From Rhodospirillales bacterium (GTDB lineage Bacteria; Pseudomonadota; Alphaproteobacteria; Bin95), in assembly GCA_038143065.1 (NCBI GenBank), contig JAYQLI010000035.1:2240894-2304893 (forward strand): DNA of 64,000 nucleotides, given 5' to 3'. Within the stretch, counting starts at the first letter, position 1; every line of letters starts with the position of its first letter. Positions 24,801-32,990 of this stretch are shown piece after piece. The notes under the pieces were generated by a model. It had not been told where the DNA came from. It saw only the letters and a program-made list of their open reading frames with translations, and did no database searches. The position numbers were made by a program, and so were the translations under genes.

Positions 24801-25380
24801 CCGCCTCTCCGCGTATCACTAGTTGATCAAGAGCCTGCGCGATTAGGGGTGTTTGGTTACCCGCCATAATACTCCGAAGGGTGTAATTGCGTGCTTCTCG
24901 CAATAAATTATTAGCCGTCCGTTCGTCTAGAGTATGAAAGCCAGGTGGAACACCTGCTTCTGCTGGAAACCGTTCTAGTGCCGATTGGCAAAAAGAGTGG
25001 ACGGTCTGCACTTTCAAACGGCCAGGCGCATCAATGACCCTGGCAAATAGGGTTCGTGCGCGCTTTATCATTCTTTCACTACTGTCAGTCTCACCGATTG
25101 CGCGCAGTTGTTCTAGGATGGTTTGATCTTTTGCAGTTGACCACCCGGCAAGGCGACTGGTTACTCGATTTGTCATCTCAGCAGCTGCCGCTTTTGTGAA
25201 AGTTAGGCACAAAATTTTTTCCGGTGCCTGGTGGGCCAGCATTAGTCGGAGTACGCGATCAGTCAGAACTTTTGTTTTTCCTGAGCCTGCGGAAGCATCT
25301 ACCCATGCTGAGATTTTTGGGTTGGCGACACTTTGCTGTGATAGAGTAGCCAAGCTGATAGGGTCGAGCGCGTTATTCAC
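21877..25380 (-). CDS. addA: Double-strand break repair helicase/nuclease AddA
   Basis: ASAGSGKTKVLTDRVLRL, LTFTKAAAAEM, LVDEAQDT, VGDPKQSIFSFQ, LLYVAMTRAED, C-terminal GVIDRL..IVDFKTNR nuclease. Confidence 0.96.
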   Translation of the reverse strand: MNNALDPISLATLSQQSVANPKISAWVDASAGSGKTKVLTDRVLRLMLAHQAPEKILCLTFTKAAAAEMTNRVTSRLAGWSTAKDQTILEQLRAIGETDSSERMIKRARTLFARVIDAPGRLKVQTVHSFCQSALERFPAEAGVPPGFHTLDERTANNLLREARNYTLRSIMAGNQTPLIAQALDQLVIRGEAETLDNLLQAFLSERARIEELGGWDNASKASLSFFGFAEEAEAVASASLGSIPPQLERNLHRIGSALAGGGKTDEARGSEINEWLTLPIEERSEATKLIFSAFFTGAGEESPRSKPASKNVISAHPWFADVYSEASEFFFNARERMRLAERALETVAALRVSGAVADRYDLMKLARSALDFDDLILSTRDLLQKNGGAQWAALKLDQGIDHILVDEAQDTNPEQWQVVRALADEFFQADTNPERTFFAVGDPKQSIFSFQRADPRAFGEVREHYEAMAKESGRNFESKPMPVSFRSVPAVLRVVDAAFSGHTSSLITLDNSSIQHFAARGALPGQVELWPPIPSLEVETTDPWIPLKSYPEVVSSPVTQLAAVVAGEIKRLIDDPNTHLPERPGQEQRGQKTRIKASDIMIVLQQRRPFGDAITKALKELGVATSGLDRMRLADQLVVQDILNVARVALLPEDDLALACILKSPLVGFTEEDLFRLAHNRGHLSLWQQLKREASKGETLASKAWSFVANALARADTNSPFDFFPWVLGPMNGRARLIAAMGDGVIDPIQEFLSLAIQYGEEIGPDLTGFIAWIERDATEIKRELEGIGNSVRIMTAHAAKGLQAPIVFLPDAIRAPAQDRVRLYWTRNQGLAVPILGATSAKKNPSIIQALVDEEANLQAEERRRLLYVAMTRAEDRLYVMGWNNRRSAPTETWHELVKTGMTTNFNELEKRRVDYSDEPILIYREGEEEKLEIDAPEKKTEAITQLPLPNWAVTPITAINPDIIYAPSGHIVDEQEETRAGISPLATQDRSSSQNSRFGRGLLIHKLLERLPNLTLSQREPAGKLFLQRSGRFNDDEANTILSRVLSIIEDPTFGAVFHADALAETPIAGFINGKRFAGVIDRLIVTEELVQIVDFKTNRPPPLDPETTPKEYLKQMAIYRELAKQAFSGKEILTGILWTEAPRLDVLKDNQLDAFTPQNTAVD

Positions 25381-28343
25381 GTCTCGTCTCCAAGGTCAAT
25401 TCGCCTGCGCGCAAGAACGCGATAATCGGAATATCGAACAGGCCCCCGCGGCTCTGAAAGATAAGGTGTATTTGGATCATCAAAACTAGAAATTAGGCGG
25501 GTCACACCCATCCAGACAATTTCTAACGCCTCATTCACGGCAGAGTCCTGTATTTCAACAACATTCCCTCCGTCGCGACCACCCAGTCTCCATATACTCA
25601 AGGCCTTTGTTCGTAGAGGGCCTAAGGCGCTAAGCTCACCATAACAGGCGATCGCAGCTTCTAAGGGTAATTGAGCTGCCCTTCCTGTCTGGATTTCTTT
25701 TTTAGAGGGCGCTGAACCGGTCTTGATGTCTGCAATCGCAATTTCGCCAGATGCTAGTATATCTACCCGATCTGCGCGGGCATGTATTTGAAACGTTCCG
25801 GCAGGTGCCGCTAAGGTTGCCTCTCCCCTTAGCTCCGCAAGGGTCCGAACTACTTTTAGATTACTCCGCCTATTTGTTTCTGCCGTTGCAGCCCATTTGG
25901 CAGCACGGGAAAATGCAGACTGCCAAAAGACCGCAACAGTAGGATCTCTGTTATAATCGGAGAATATCTCTTTGCTGATTTCTTCCAATGTGGCTTCAAT
26001 ATTGGGTGGTAAGATGACAGGCCATTTTGTTAGAAATTCTTCATAAATTGAATGGATAATTGTACCGCGATCAGCGGGGCTGGGAACTGGATCTAGTGTC
26101 TTTAAAACCTTTAGATTCAGGACCTTGTCTGCGTAAACGGCGTAGGGGTCATCCCTTAAGCGGATAATGCTAGAGGCAGATAGCTTCCTTGGTCTATTTT
26201 TTATCGGGGGTGCAAAATTTGGTGGAGGCATAACCTCATCTGGTAATGAAGGGTCTAAATTGGTTGACCAGTCTAGATATTTTTTTTCTTCTGATCTCAG
26301 ATTCGTTTTTCCAAATGCTGCGGTAATGGCATCTAACCGAGATAGCCAGCGGGAGGGTTTTGTTGGAGCCCCATCCCGGCGTGTGCTGTGCGTTAGCAGG
26401 ACATTGGGAAGAGAGGCGAGGTTGGCAAAATCATGCGCGGAAAGTCCAATGCGCCGCTCAGGGTCTGACATGCCTAGCGCCAAACGCATACCGCGACTTA
26501 TCCATGGATTTGCAGTTGGTGGGCGTGGCCAGATGCCTTCTTCTAGCCCTCCGATCGCTACCGCAGGCCAACTAAGTAGACGCGCTTCCAACACTCCTAA
26601 GATTGCTATTTTGGTTGTCGTTCTTCTTCGTTTTCGAACAACGGCGTTAGACAAAAAGTTACACACAACTTCGGCATAATCTTCGGCGAGTAAATTTGGG
26701 CTTGAATGAGAGGCGTCCAGTAATTCACCAATCAACCTTGCTGCTGCCTCACCGGAATCTCCCTGCCACAAAGTGTTTTCGCCGGGATTTTGTTCGTTAG
26801 AGGCGAGGACTTCAGCTGTTTGAATATGTGCTTCCACAAACTTAGAGAGTTCGAGGGGTTTTCCTATATTCAGTTGTGTGAGCGGATGAATTGCATTTGA
26901 TATTTGCGTTGCAAAATCTGCGAGAAGAATTTCCCCTTCACTTCTTAGAATTTCTATCGTTGCTTCCAAGCTTCTGGCTCGACGTTGTAGTTTGTCGTTT
27001 CGCCAAATCTTAATCTCAATTGCGCGGGCACGACGTCTGAAACGAGTTCGTGACATTCCTCCCGCAGTCAATGGGTGTTTTAATAGTGCTAGCAGGTCCA
27101 GGACACCTGCATCCGGTGCTGTGGCCGCTGCAATTAGACGAAGAAAAGAGCCTACCGGAGTTTCAATTAAAGCTTGTCCCGCAGAATCGTCAGTTTCTAT
27201 ATCCCACCGCTTAAGTTCTGTAGCTACGCGCCGTGCCAGCGCGCGATCAGGCGTGACGAGTGCAGCTGGACCATTTTCTATTTGCTGTCGCAGCCAAAGA
27301 GCGATGACACGTGCTTCTGCTTCTTCATTTGGTGCATCTATGCGATTAATGCCTTGGATGCCCTGTATCAATTCTTCTAATGTCAAATTACGCCACTGGT
27401 GCACTCTTTCCGCAGGACGCATTGCCTCTTGGAGGAAGCGCCTTCTCGATCTATGTCTCTCACTTTCATTTCCACTCCAGACCTGTACATCTGAAGGCTC
27501 AAGCTCCAGGTGTTTCAGAGTTTCCATCATAACGTGTTGTGGGTGAGTGGGTGTGTTAAGGATGGCTTCTATTTCAGCTTTGTCAGTCTCTAGCTCAAAA
27601 CCTGGCAGTACAATAATTCCTTCTGGAGCAGTAAGCAGTGAAGTCATTAGTGCGCGTGTTGATTTTGTGGAACCTGTTGAACCCGCAATTACGACAGGGC
27701 TTGTTAGGGTTTGCTCCAGCCATAGAGAGGCTTGAGCGTTGAGCAAGGCCTGCCTGCGGGTGGTGGCATCGATTTGACCTCGCTGATCCAAAACACATGG
27801 CCATGCATCAATTACTATCTCTAGGAACTGCATTACCTTTTGCCAGTGTTCGGCGAAAAAGTCTGGTTGAAGCCCTTTGATGGCCTTTGGGTCTGTTTGT
27901 TCTGCGGTGAGGTCATCAAGAAATTTGCCAAGTGCTTCTGCTAGCCGTAGGGCGCCCGCTAGTGGAAGTTTACTTACGTTTTCATTTGTGTGCTTGGCTT
28001 GAATAAGAGGGGCGAGTAGGAAGTTTCGTTCTGTATGAGAGATAGCTGGAGGTAATTGGGTGGCTATTTCAGACTCCACCAAAGCAGGCTCTACTTCAGA
28101 AAAGTTGAAATCATCCTCGTCAACGTCGCCAAGAGGGTAAGCCCGGGGTAGCAAACCCGCACCTTTTGTGTGCTTCAAGAAGGCTTCTGTTACATCCCGG
28201 CAAGCTCGACGCGTTGGGAGGTAAATACGAGTTTGGGCAAGTTTCTCCTGGGGAAAGGTTTTGATCAGGCCAAATGCCAAATTTTCCAAAAAGCCGTCTC
28301 CGGCTTGAATAGTGTACACACCCTTCAGAGTAGCTAATTTCAT
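25377..28343 (-). CDS. addB: Double-strand break repair protein AddB
   Basis: LPTRRA, AGSTGS, ALVTPDR.LARRV, DDSAG, ILGVLEARL, ERRIGLSAHDF, RADRVD...DIKTG. Confidence 0.95.
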   Translation of the reverse strand: MKLATLKGVYTIQAGDGFLENLAFGLIKTFPQEKLAQTRIYLPTRRACRDVTEAFLKHTKGAGLLPRAYPLGDVDEDDFNFSEVEPALVESEIATQLPPAISHTERNFLLAPLIQAKHTNENVSKLPLAGALRLAEALGKFLDDLTAEQTDPKAIKGLQPDFFAEHWQKVMQFLEIVIDAWPCVLDQRGQIDATTRRQALLNAQASLWLEQTLTSPVVIAGSTGSTKSTRALMTSLLTAPEGIIVLPGFELETDKAEIEAILNTPTHPQHVMMETLKHLELEPSDVQVWSGNESERHRSRRRFLQEAMRPAERVHQWRNLTLEELIQGIQGINRIDAPNEEAEARVIALWLRQQIENGPAALVTPDRALARRVATELKRWDIETDDSAGQALIETPVGSFLRLIAAATAPDAGVLDLLALLKHPLTAGGMSRTRFRRRARAIEIKIWRNDKLQRRARSLEATIEILRSEGEILLADFATQISNAIHPLTQLNIGKPLELSKFVEAHIQTAEVLASNEQNPGENTLWQGDSGEAAARLIGELLDASHSSPNLLAEDYAEVVCNFLSNAVVRKRRRTTTKIAILGVLEARLLSWPAVAIGGLEEGIWPRPPTANPWISRGMRLALGMSDPERRIGLSAHDFANLASLPNVLLTHSTRRDGAPTKPSRWLSRLDAITAAFGKTNLRSEEKKYLDWSTNLDPSLPDEVMPPPNFAPPIKNRPRKLSASSIIRLRDDPYAVYADKVLNLKVLKTLDPVPSPADRGTIIHSIYEEFLTKWPVILPPNIEATLEEISKEIFSDYNRDPTVAVFWQSAFSRAAKWAATAETNRRSNLKVVRTLAELRGEATLAAPAGTFQIHARADRVDILASGEIAIADIKTGSAPSKKEIQTGRAAQLPLEAAIACYGELSALGPLRTKALSIWRLGGRDGGNVVEIQDSAVNEALEIVWMGVTRLISSFDDPNTPYLSEPRGPVRYSDYRVLARRRIDLGDET

Positions 28344-29122
28344 AATAGAGAAGCTTGACGGTAGTCATCCGCCATTGCACGCGCTTGAGCCAGGCGAGCA
28401 GGTGTTCCAACGTCTTGCCATCGGCCCCAGTGACTGACGCCAAATAGCCGGCCAGAGGAGGCAGCTCGATCGTAAATTTCATTTAGAGAAAAAGCACCAT
28501 CCGGTGGATCCGCAAAGGCTCGTGGATGCAAAATTTGAGCTCCAGTGAATAGGAACGGGACAGTTTCTGACTCGTTTTTGCGAGTCAGACGGCCAATTCC
28601 ATCCATCATAAAATCGCCTCTTCCAACGTATTCTGTGGCCCTCACCGTTGGCAGTACAAGTAAAAGAGCGTCCATTGTTTCTGGACGCCAGGCTTGTTTC
28701 AATGCTTCCAGTCCAGATGCGAGTGTTCTTGCCCACCAGGTATCAACATTGATTGCAAAGAATGGGGCCCTGTCTAGAAGTGGAAGAGCTTTGAGCACTC
28801 CACCGCCTGTTTCCAATGGCTCTTCCTCCAAAGAGAGCTGCACTGTCGGCTTTTTTATTGTTTTTTTGAGATGCGCCTCAATTTGATTTTTAAGGTGTGA
28901 TGCATTGATAACGACTTCTTTAACATTAGCTGCAGCAAGTCCGGCCAAAGCTTGATCAACCAGAGCTTCACCACCTACTTCGAGCAAAGCCTTAGGGGTT
29001 TGACGACCTAAAGCACCGAGGCGTGTGCCTCGTCCAGCCGCTAGTATCATCCCACATTTGATTTGCGAAGAAACGCTAGGAGCAAAATTAGAGAGAGCGA
29101 CTTCGGTGGATTCATCAATCAT
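28340..29122 (-). CDS. murU: Nucleotidyltransferase, MurU-like
   Basis: MILAAGRGTRL...PKAL, LETGGG, WQDVGTP; sits between the phosphotransferase and addB. Confidence 0.8.
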   Translation of the reverse strand: MIDESTEVALSNFAPSVSSQIKCGMILAAGRGTRLGALGRQTPKALLEVGGEALVDQALAGLAAANVKEVVINASHLKNQIEAHLKKTIKKPTVQLSLEEEPLETGGGVLKALPLLDRAPFFAINVDTWWARTLASGLEALKQAWRPETMDALLLVLPTVRATEYVGRGDFMMDGIGRLTRKNESETVPFLFTGAQILHPRAFADPPDGAFSLNEIYDRAASSGRLFGVSHWGRWQDVGTPARLAQARAMADDYRQASLL

Positions 29123-30120
29123 TTTATAGTCTCACCAAGTAACTTGGCCCGCTCTCGAGCATCTTCCGGGATATATCTATCTAAGTAATCACTGACATCT
29201 GAAAGGAGTGGATGAGACAGACTTGCTTCCAGAAGCTTCCAAGTGTGCTGCATGTGTTGCAAGTAGTCGGGCTTCTTATCTCTCCGAAAGAGGCGCACCC
29301 AAAGGGCGGCCACACGCATGTGCCTTTGTCCCCCATGAACGGCTATTGCGGCCGAAATTTCCTCGGAATTGAGATGTGGAAATGCGGCTTGATATCGATC
29401 TATGCAACGGGTTCGGATTTCAGGCTCAAGAGGTCTGCGGGCGTCTTCAATTAAGGATGCTAAGTCGTAGGCTAATGGTCCCCAGGCAGCATCCTGAAAA
29501 TCAAGCACGCCGCACGCCCCATCATGCAGGCGCATAAGATTATCCACGTGGAAATCTCTATGAACTAAACCAATTCCAAGATTTGGAGCTTCCTTAAGGG
29601 CAGTTCGCCAAAGATCAATAAATTCGTCACGTTGTTCGGGTGATGGTCCGCTTGGGAGTATTTCTGGCCAAAGCCAATCAAATACAATTGAAAGCTGTTC
29701 GGCTCTTAAGGAAGGAGAGAAGTCTGGAATTCCCGTTGGTTGGGCGCTAAAGCCTCTTCGTATCTGTATCAAATTATCAATAGCTAGGTCATACAGATTT
29801 TCTGCATTTTTGCCTTGTCTTAGCAGTCGAGTAAAAGTTTGATCGCCAAAATCTTCTAGTAAAACAAAACCGTTCTTATAATCAGCTTTAAGGATTTTTG
29901 GGGTTGAGACACCAGCTTCTGAGAGAAGTTGGGCTACTCTTATAAAAGCTTCAACATTCTCTTTTTCTAGATGTGCATCCATCAGAATTACATTTTGTCC
30001 AGCCTTGCCTATCCGAGCATATCGTCTGAAGGAAGCATCAGCCGCAAGCCATTTAATTGCTGCTTTGTTCCAGATAGTATCCGCAAGGAACGACCTTCGA
30101 GCTATTTCCCACTCTCGCAT
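29119..30120 (-). CDS. amgK: Aminoglycoside-phosphotransferase-family kinase, AmgK-like
   Basis: LAADASFRRYAR, LLEDFGD, HRDFHVDNL, LDFQDA..GP..YDLASL. Confidence 0.8.
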   Translation of the reverse strand: MREWEIARRSFLADTIWNKAAIKWLAADASFRRYARIGKAGQNVILMDAHLEKENVEAFIRVAQLLSEAGVSTPKILKADYKNGFVLLEDFGDQTFTRLLRQGKNAENLYDLAIDNLIQIRRGFSAQPTGIPDFSPSLRAEQLSIVFDWLWPEILPSGPSPEQRDEFIDLWRTALKEAPNLGIGLVHRDFHVDNLMRLHDGACGVLDFQDAAWGPLAYDLASLIEDARRPLEPEIRTRCIDRYQAAFPHLNSEEISAAIAVHGGQRHMRVAALWVRLFRRDKKPDYLQHMQHTWKLLEASLSHPLLSDVSDYLDRYIPEDARERAKLLGETIK

Positions 30121-31570
30121 CAGTAACCTGGCGGCGCTTGGAAAGATTGGTACTCACGCTCCAGCATTTTCGCTAGCTCGATTCCTGTAAAATCCTCAAG
30201 GAAGGGTGCAACAATTTGCACGCCGACTGGAAGCCCGGAGCGAGTTAATCCGATGGGAGCGGAGGTTCCTGGCAATCCAGGGAGGCCATTATAGCCTGCC
30301 CAGAAAAGTTGATCAGTTTGTGGGACTTCTTTTCCATTGACTATCATAGGACGCTCCCAACGTGGCCCTTTTTCATTTTGTTCAAAGGCGGCAGCTGATG
30401 CCACAGGGCAAAGAAGAACATCCCAATTTTTAAAGAATTCTTGCCAAACAGATCGCATTCGCATCCGTTCGTTATTTAGGCCAAGCCAATCTTTATGACG
30501 GATAACATTACCCCGAGCCATGGTTGCATAGTAGCTGTTATCATCTTGTTGTAGTTCCGAGACTTCCTTCAGATTTTTTCGATAAGTTCTGCAGGCTGTC
30601 GAGCGGAAGTCGCGGCGCGCAGCATCGTGACGTAGGTCTGATGAACGTTGACCATATCTAGTTCTGGTCTGGCACGATCGTCGATATGGGCGCCTTTGCG
30701 TCCTAACCAGTCAATTAAATTTTGCAATAGCTCTCCATACTCTCCATCCGTCTCACATGTTGGCGAAGAGCTAACGAAGGCCACGCGAAGGTCCTTGATT
30801 TTGCGTTTGCGAGGTTGCGGGGCATCAAAAGTCCAGGCTATTGCCTCTGTTGTTTCAGGCCCAGCCAGAGCTTTGAAAGCAACTTCAAGGTCGCTCGCAG
30901 AGCGTGCTAGAGGTCCTATCACAGAAATGTCAGTGAAGGCATGAGTGCCCGGCAACGAGTGACCTCTTGGCGGCAAAACTCCGTAAGTTGGTTTGTGTCC
31001 ATAAACTCCGCAAAAATGTGCTGGACATCGAATGGATGATCCGATGTCTGAACCGACCTCAAGCCCAGTCATGCCCGATGCTAGCGCTGATGCGGCGCCG
31101 CCCGAAGAGCCTCCAGGGGTGACCCCTATTTTCCAAGGATTATGAGTTGTGCCGTAGATAGCATTGAAGCTCTGAAGATCTGCCAGCATCAAGGGCACGT
31201 TAGTTTTGCCAAAAATAATAGCTCCTGCAGACTGAAAGCGTTCCACCGCCAATGCATTTTCTTCAGCAATATTATTTTGGAAGGCGGGGTCGCCCCATGT
31301 CGTGGGCAGTCCTTTTACGTTGAAGCTTTCTTTGACCGTCATTGGAACCCCATGAAGAGGGCCTATATTTTCTCCTGAAGCGATTGCTGTATCCGCTTGG
31401 AGAGCCTCAGCTTCTGCGGTCTCAAGATTAGTCTGAATAATAGCATTAAGTCTTGGATTGTGTTTTTCCATCCTAGCAACAAAATGTCTTAACGCTTCAA
31501 CTGCACTAATTTCTTTGTTTTTAATGGCAGACGAAATTTAGAGAGCGGATTTAAAGTGAAATTCAGTCAT
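30120..31570 (-). CDS. Amidase-signature family enzyme; in-frame TAA at 31538-31540 and frameshift near 30570
   Basis: GPLHGVPMTVKES, GGSSGG, GSDIGSSIRCPAHFCG, GLPVGVQ; ATG at 31570 with AGGAG upstream. Confidence 0.88.
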
Positions 31571-31821
31571 TTCGCTCCTTTCTGGCAGTTTAGCAGTCTC
31601 ATTGCTAGGACCGATTGAATTAGAATCACAAAGTTTGGACGCGTTGCCTAATACGGCATAGAATTAAGAGTCTATGCAGTACCTGAGTTATCTGCGCACC
31701 TCCGTTCAATCGCGATCAGGCGGATTGTGTTGCTGCAAAAATTTTGGCTTTGAAACTTTGATAGGGGTGAAAATCCTAAATTTCTATTAAAATTATGTTC
31801 GAGGAGAGTTCTCCTCTCCAT

Positions 31822-32757
31822 CTAGTCTAAAGGTGAAAATCCTTCCTCGCGCCTAATATCATTTATTACTTCCTTCACTCTGTCGCGAAGGGGCGCGTAC
31901 TGCAGTCCAAATTCTTCGATAAGTCGGCTATTATCGATCATAAAGTTTCCAGAAGTCTCTCTGCCGCCTGCTTTAGCTTCGAAGCGGATATCTGCGTTTG
32001 GCAGAAATTCCTTAACTATCGCAGCAAGTTGCCCAATGCTAACTGGAGTGCCGCCTGAATTATATGTTTCGTGTTTTGGTTTGTCAGTTAGTAGAACGCG
32101 CGCCATTGCTTCGGCCATATCCTCGACATGGATCACACAACGCATTGTATCGGCATGTGGAAACGTAACAGTGTTTCCTCTCGCTGGCTGGCACATGCAG
32201 TTTACATGGTCGATAGAGCCAAATTTTTTATCTGGGCCCGTAACGTTAGCAGGACGAATACAGGTGATTGTCATTCCATAGTTGCGACGATAGTCATGGG
32301 CTTGCCACTCGTTGATGGTTTTATTCACCGCATACTGAGTGTCTCCATAGCGCTCATCGTCCTCATTAACCAATCTTTCGCCGAATTTTGATTGTTCGCC
32401 AGATACAGCTACCGATGAGGCAAAAACAGTATGTCTGACACCAGTCCGTCGTGCAGCTTCAAAGCAGTTGTCCATCCCTTGGATATCTAGCTTAAATGCA
32501 ACGTGGGGCTCGAGCTCACCGATAAAGTAGGAGAGGTTGATAACGCGCTCCGCCTTTGTTTCGATCATGGCGCCAATTACATCATCAAATGCTGTAACGT
32601 CACCTCTAATAACTCTGACATTTTCTAGATCATCGAACGCTTCGGCAGCGCGAGTTGTATCGATGTCCATGACAGTCACCTCATGGCCATCTTTGTTTAA
32701 AATTGGTACAAGCCGGCGTCCTATAAAACCTGCGCCACCAATTGCTAAAATGGACAT
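31822..32757 (-). CDS. NAD-dependent epimerase/dehydratase (extended SDR)
   Basis: IGGAGFIG, GDVT, FASSVAV, YAVNK (YxxxK), IHVEDMA. Confidence 0.88.
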   Translation of the reverse strand: MSILAIGGAGFIGRRLVPILNKDGHEVTVMDIDTTRAAEAFDDLENVRVIRGDVTAFDDVIGAMIETKAERVINLSYFIGELEPHVAFKLDIQGMDNCFEAARRTGVRHTVFASSVAVSGEQSKFGERLVNEDDERYGDTQYAVNKTINEWQAHDYRRNYGMTITCIRPANVTGPDKKFGSIDHVNCMCQPARGNTVTFPHADTMRCVIHVEDMAEAMARVLLTDKPKHETYNSGGTPVSIGQLAAIVKEFLPNADIRFEAKAGGRETSGNFMIDNSRLIEEFGLQYAPLRDRVKEVINDIRREEGFSPLD

Positions 32758-32990
32758 CTTTCTCGCCTCTCTAAACTAAATTTCCAACAACAAGCCTAAC
32801 ACCCCTGGCATCTGTGCAAAATGGGCATTAGCGGCGTTAAGAGAAAAAATTTAGGCATATAAATGCAGAAATGAGGCAGGTTTTGTATCTCTGCGAGGAA
32901 AATCTAACAGCGTGTTCGCTAATTGAAATGTCCGACTGCAACAGAAACTCTGAACTTGTTAGACCGGTTTTTACCGCCGGATTCGCAAAC

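Noticed and set aside
31801-31816. Terminator after the epimerase (GAGGAG-AGTT-CTCCTC)
   Set aside because: Short stem with no adjacent U-tract; not enough support
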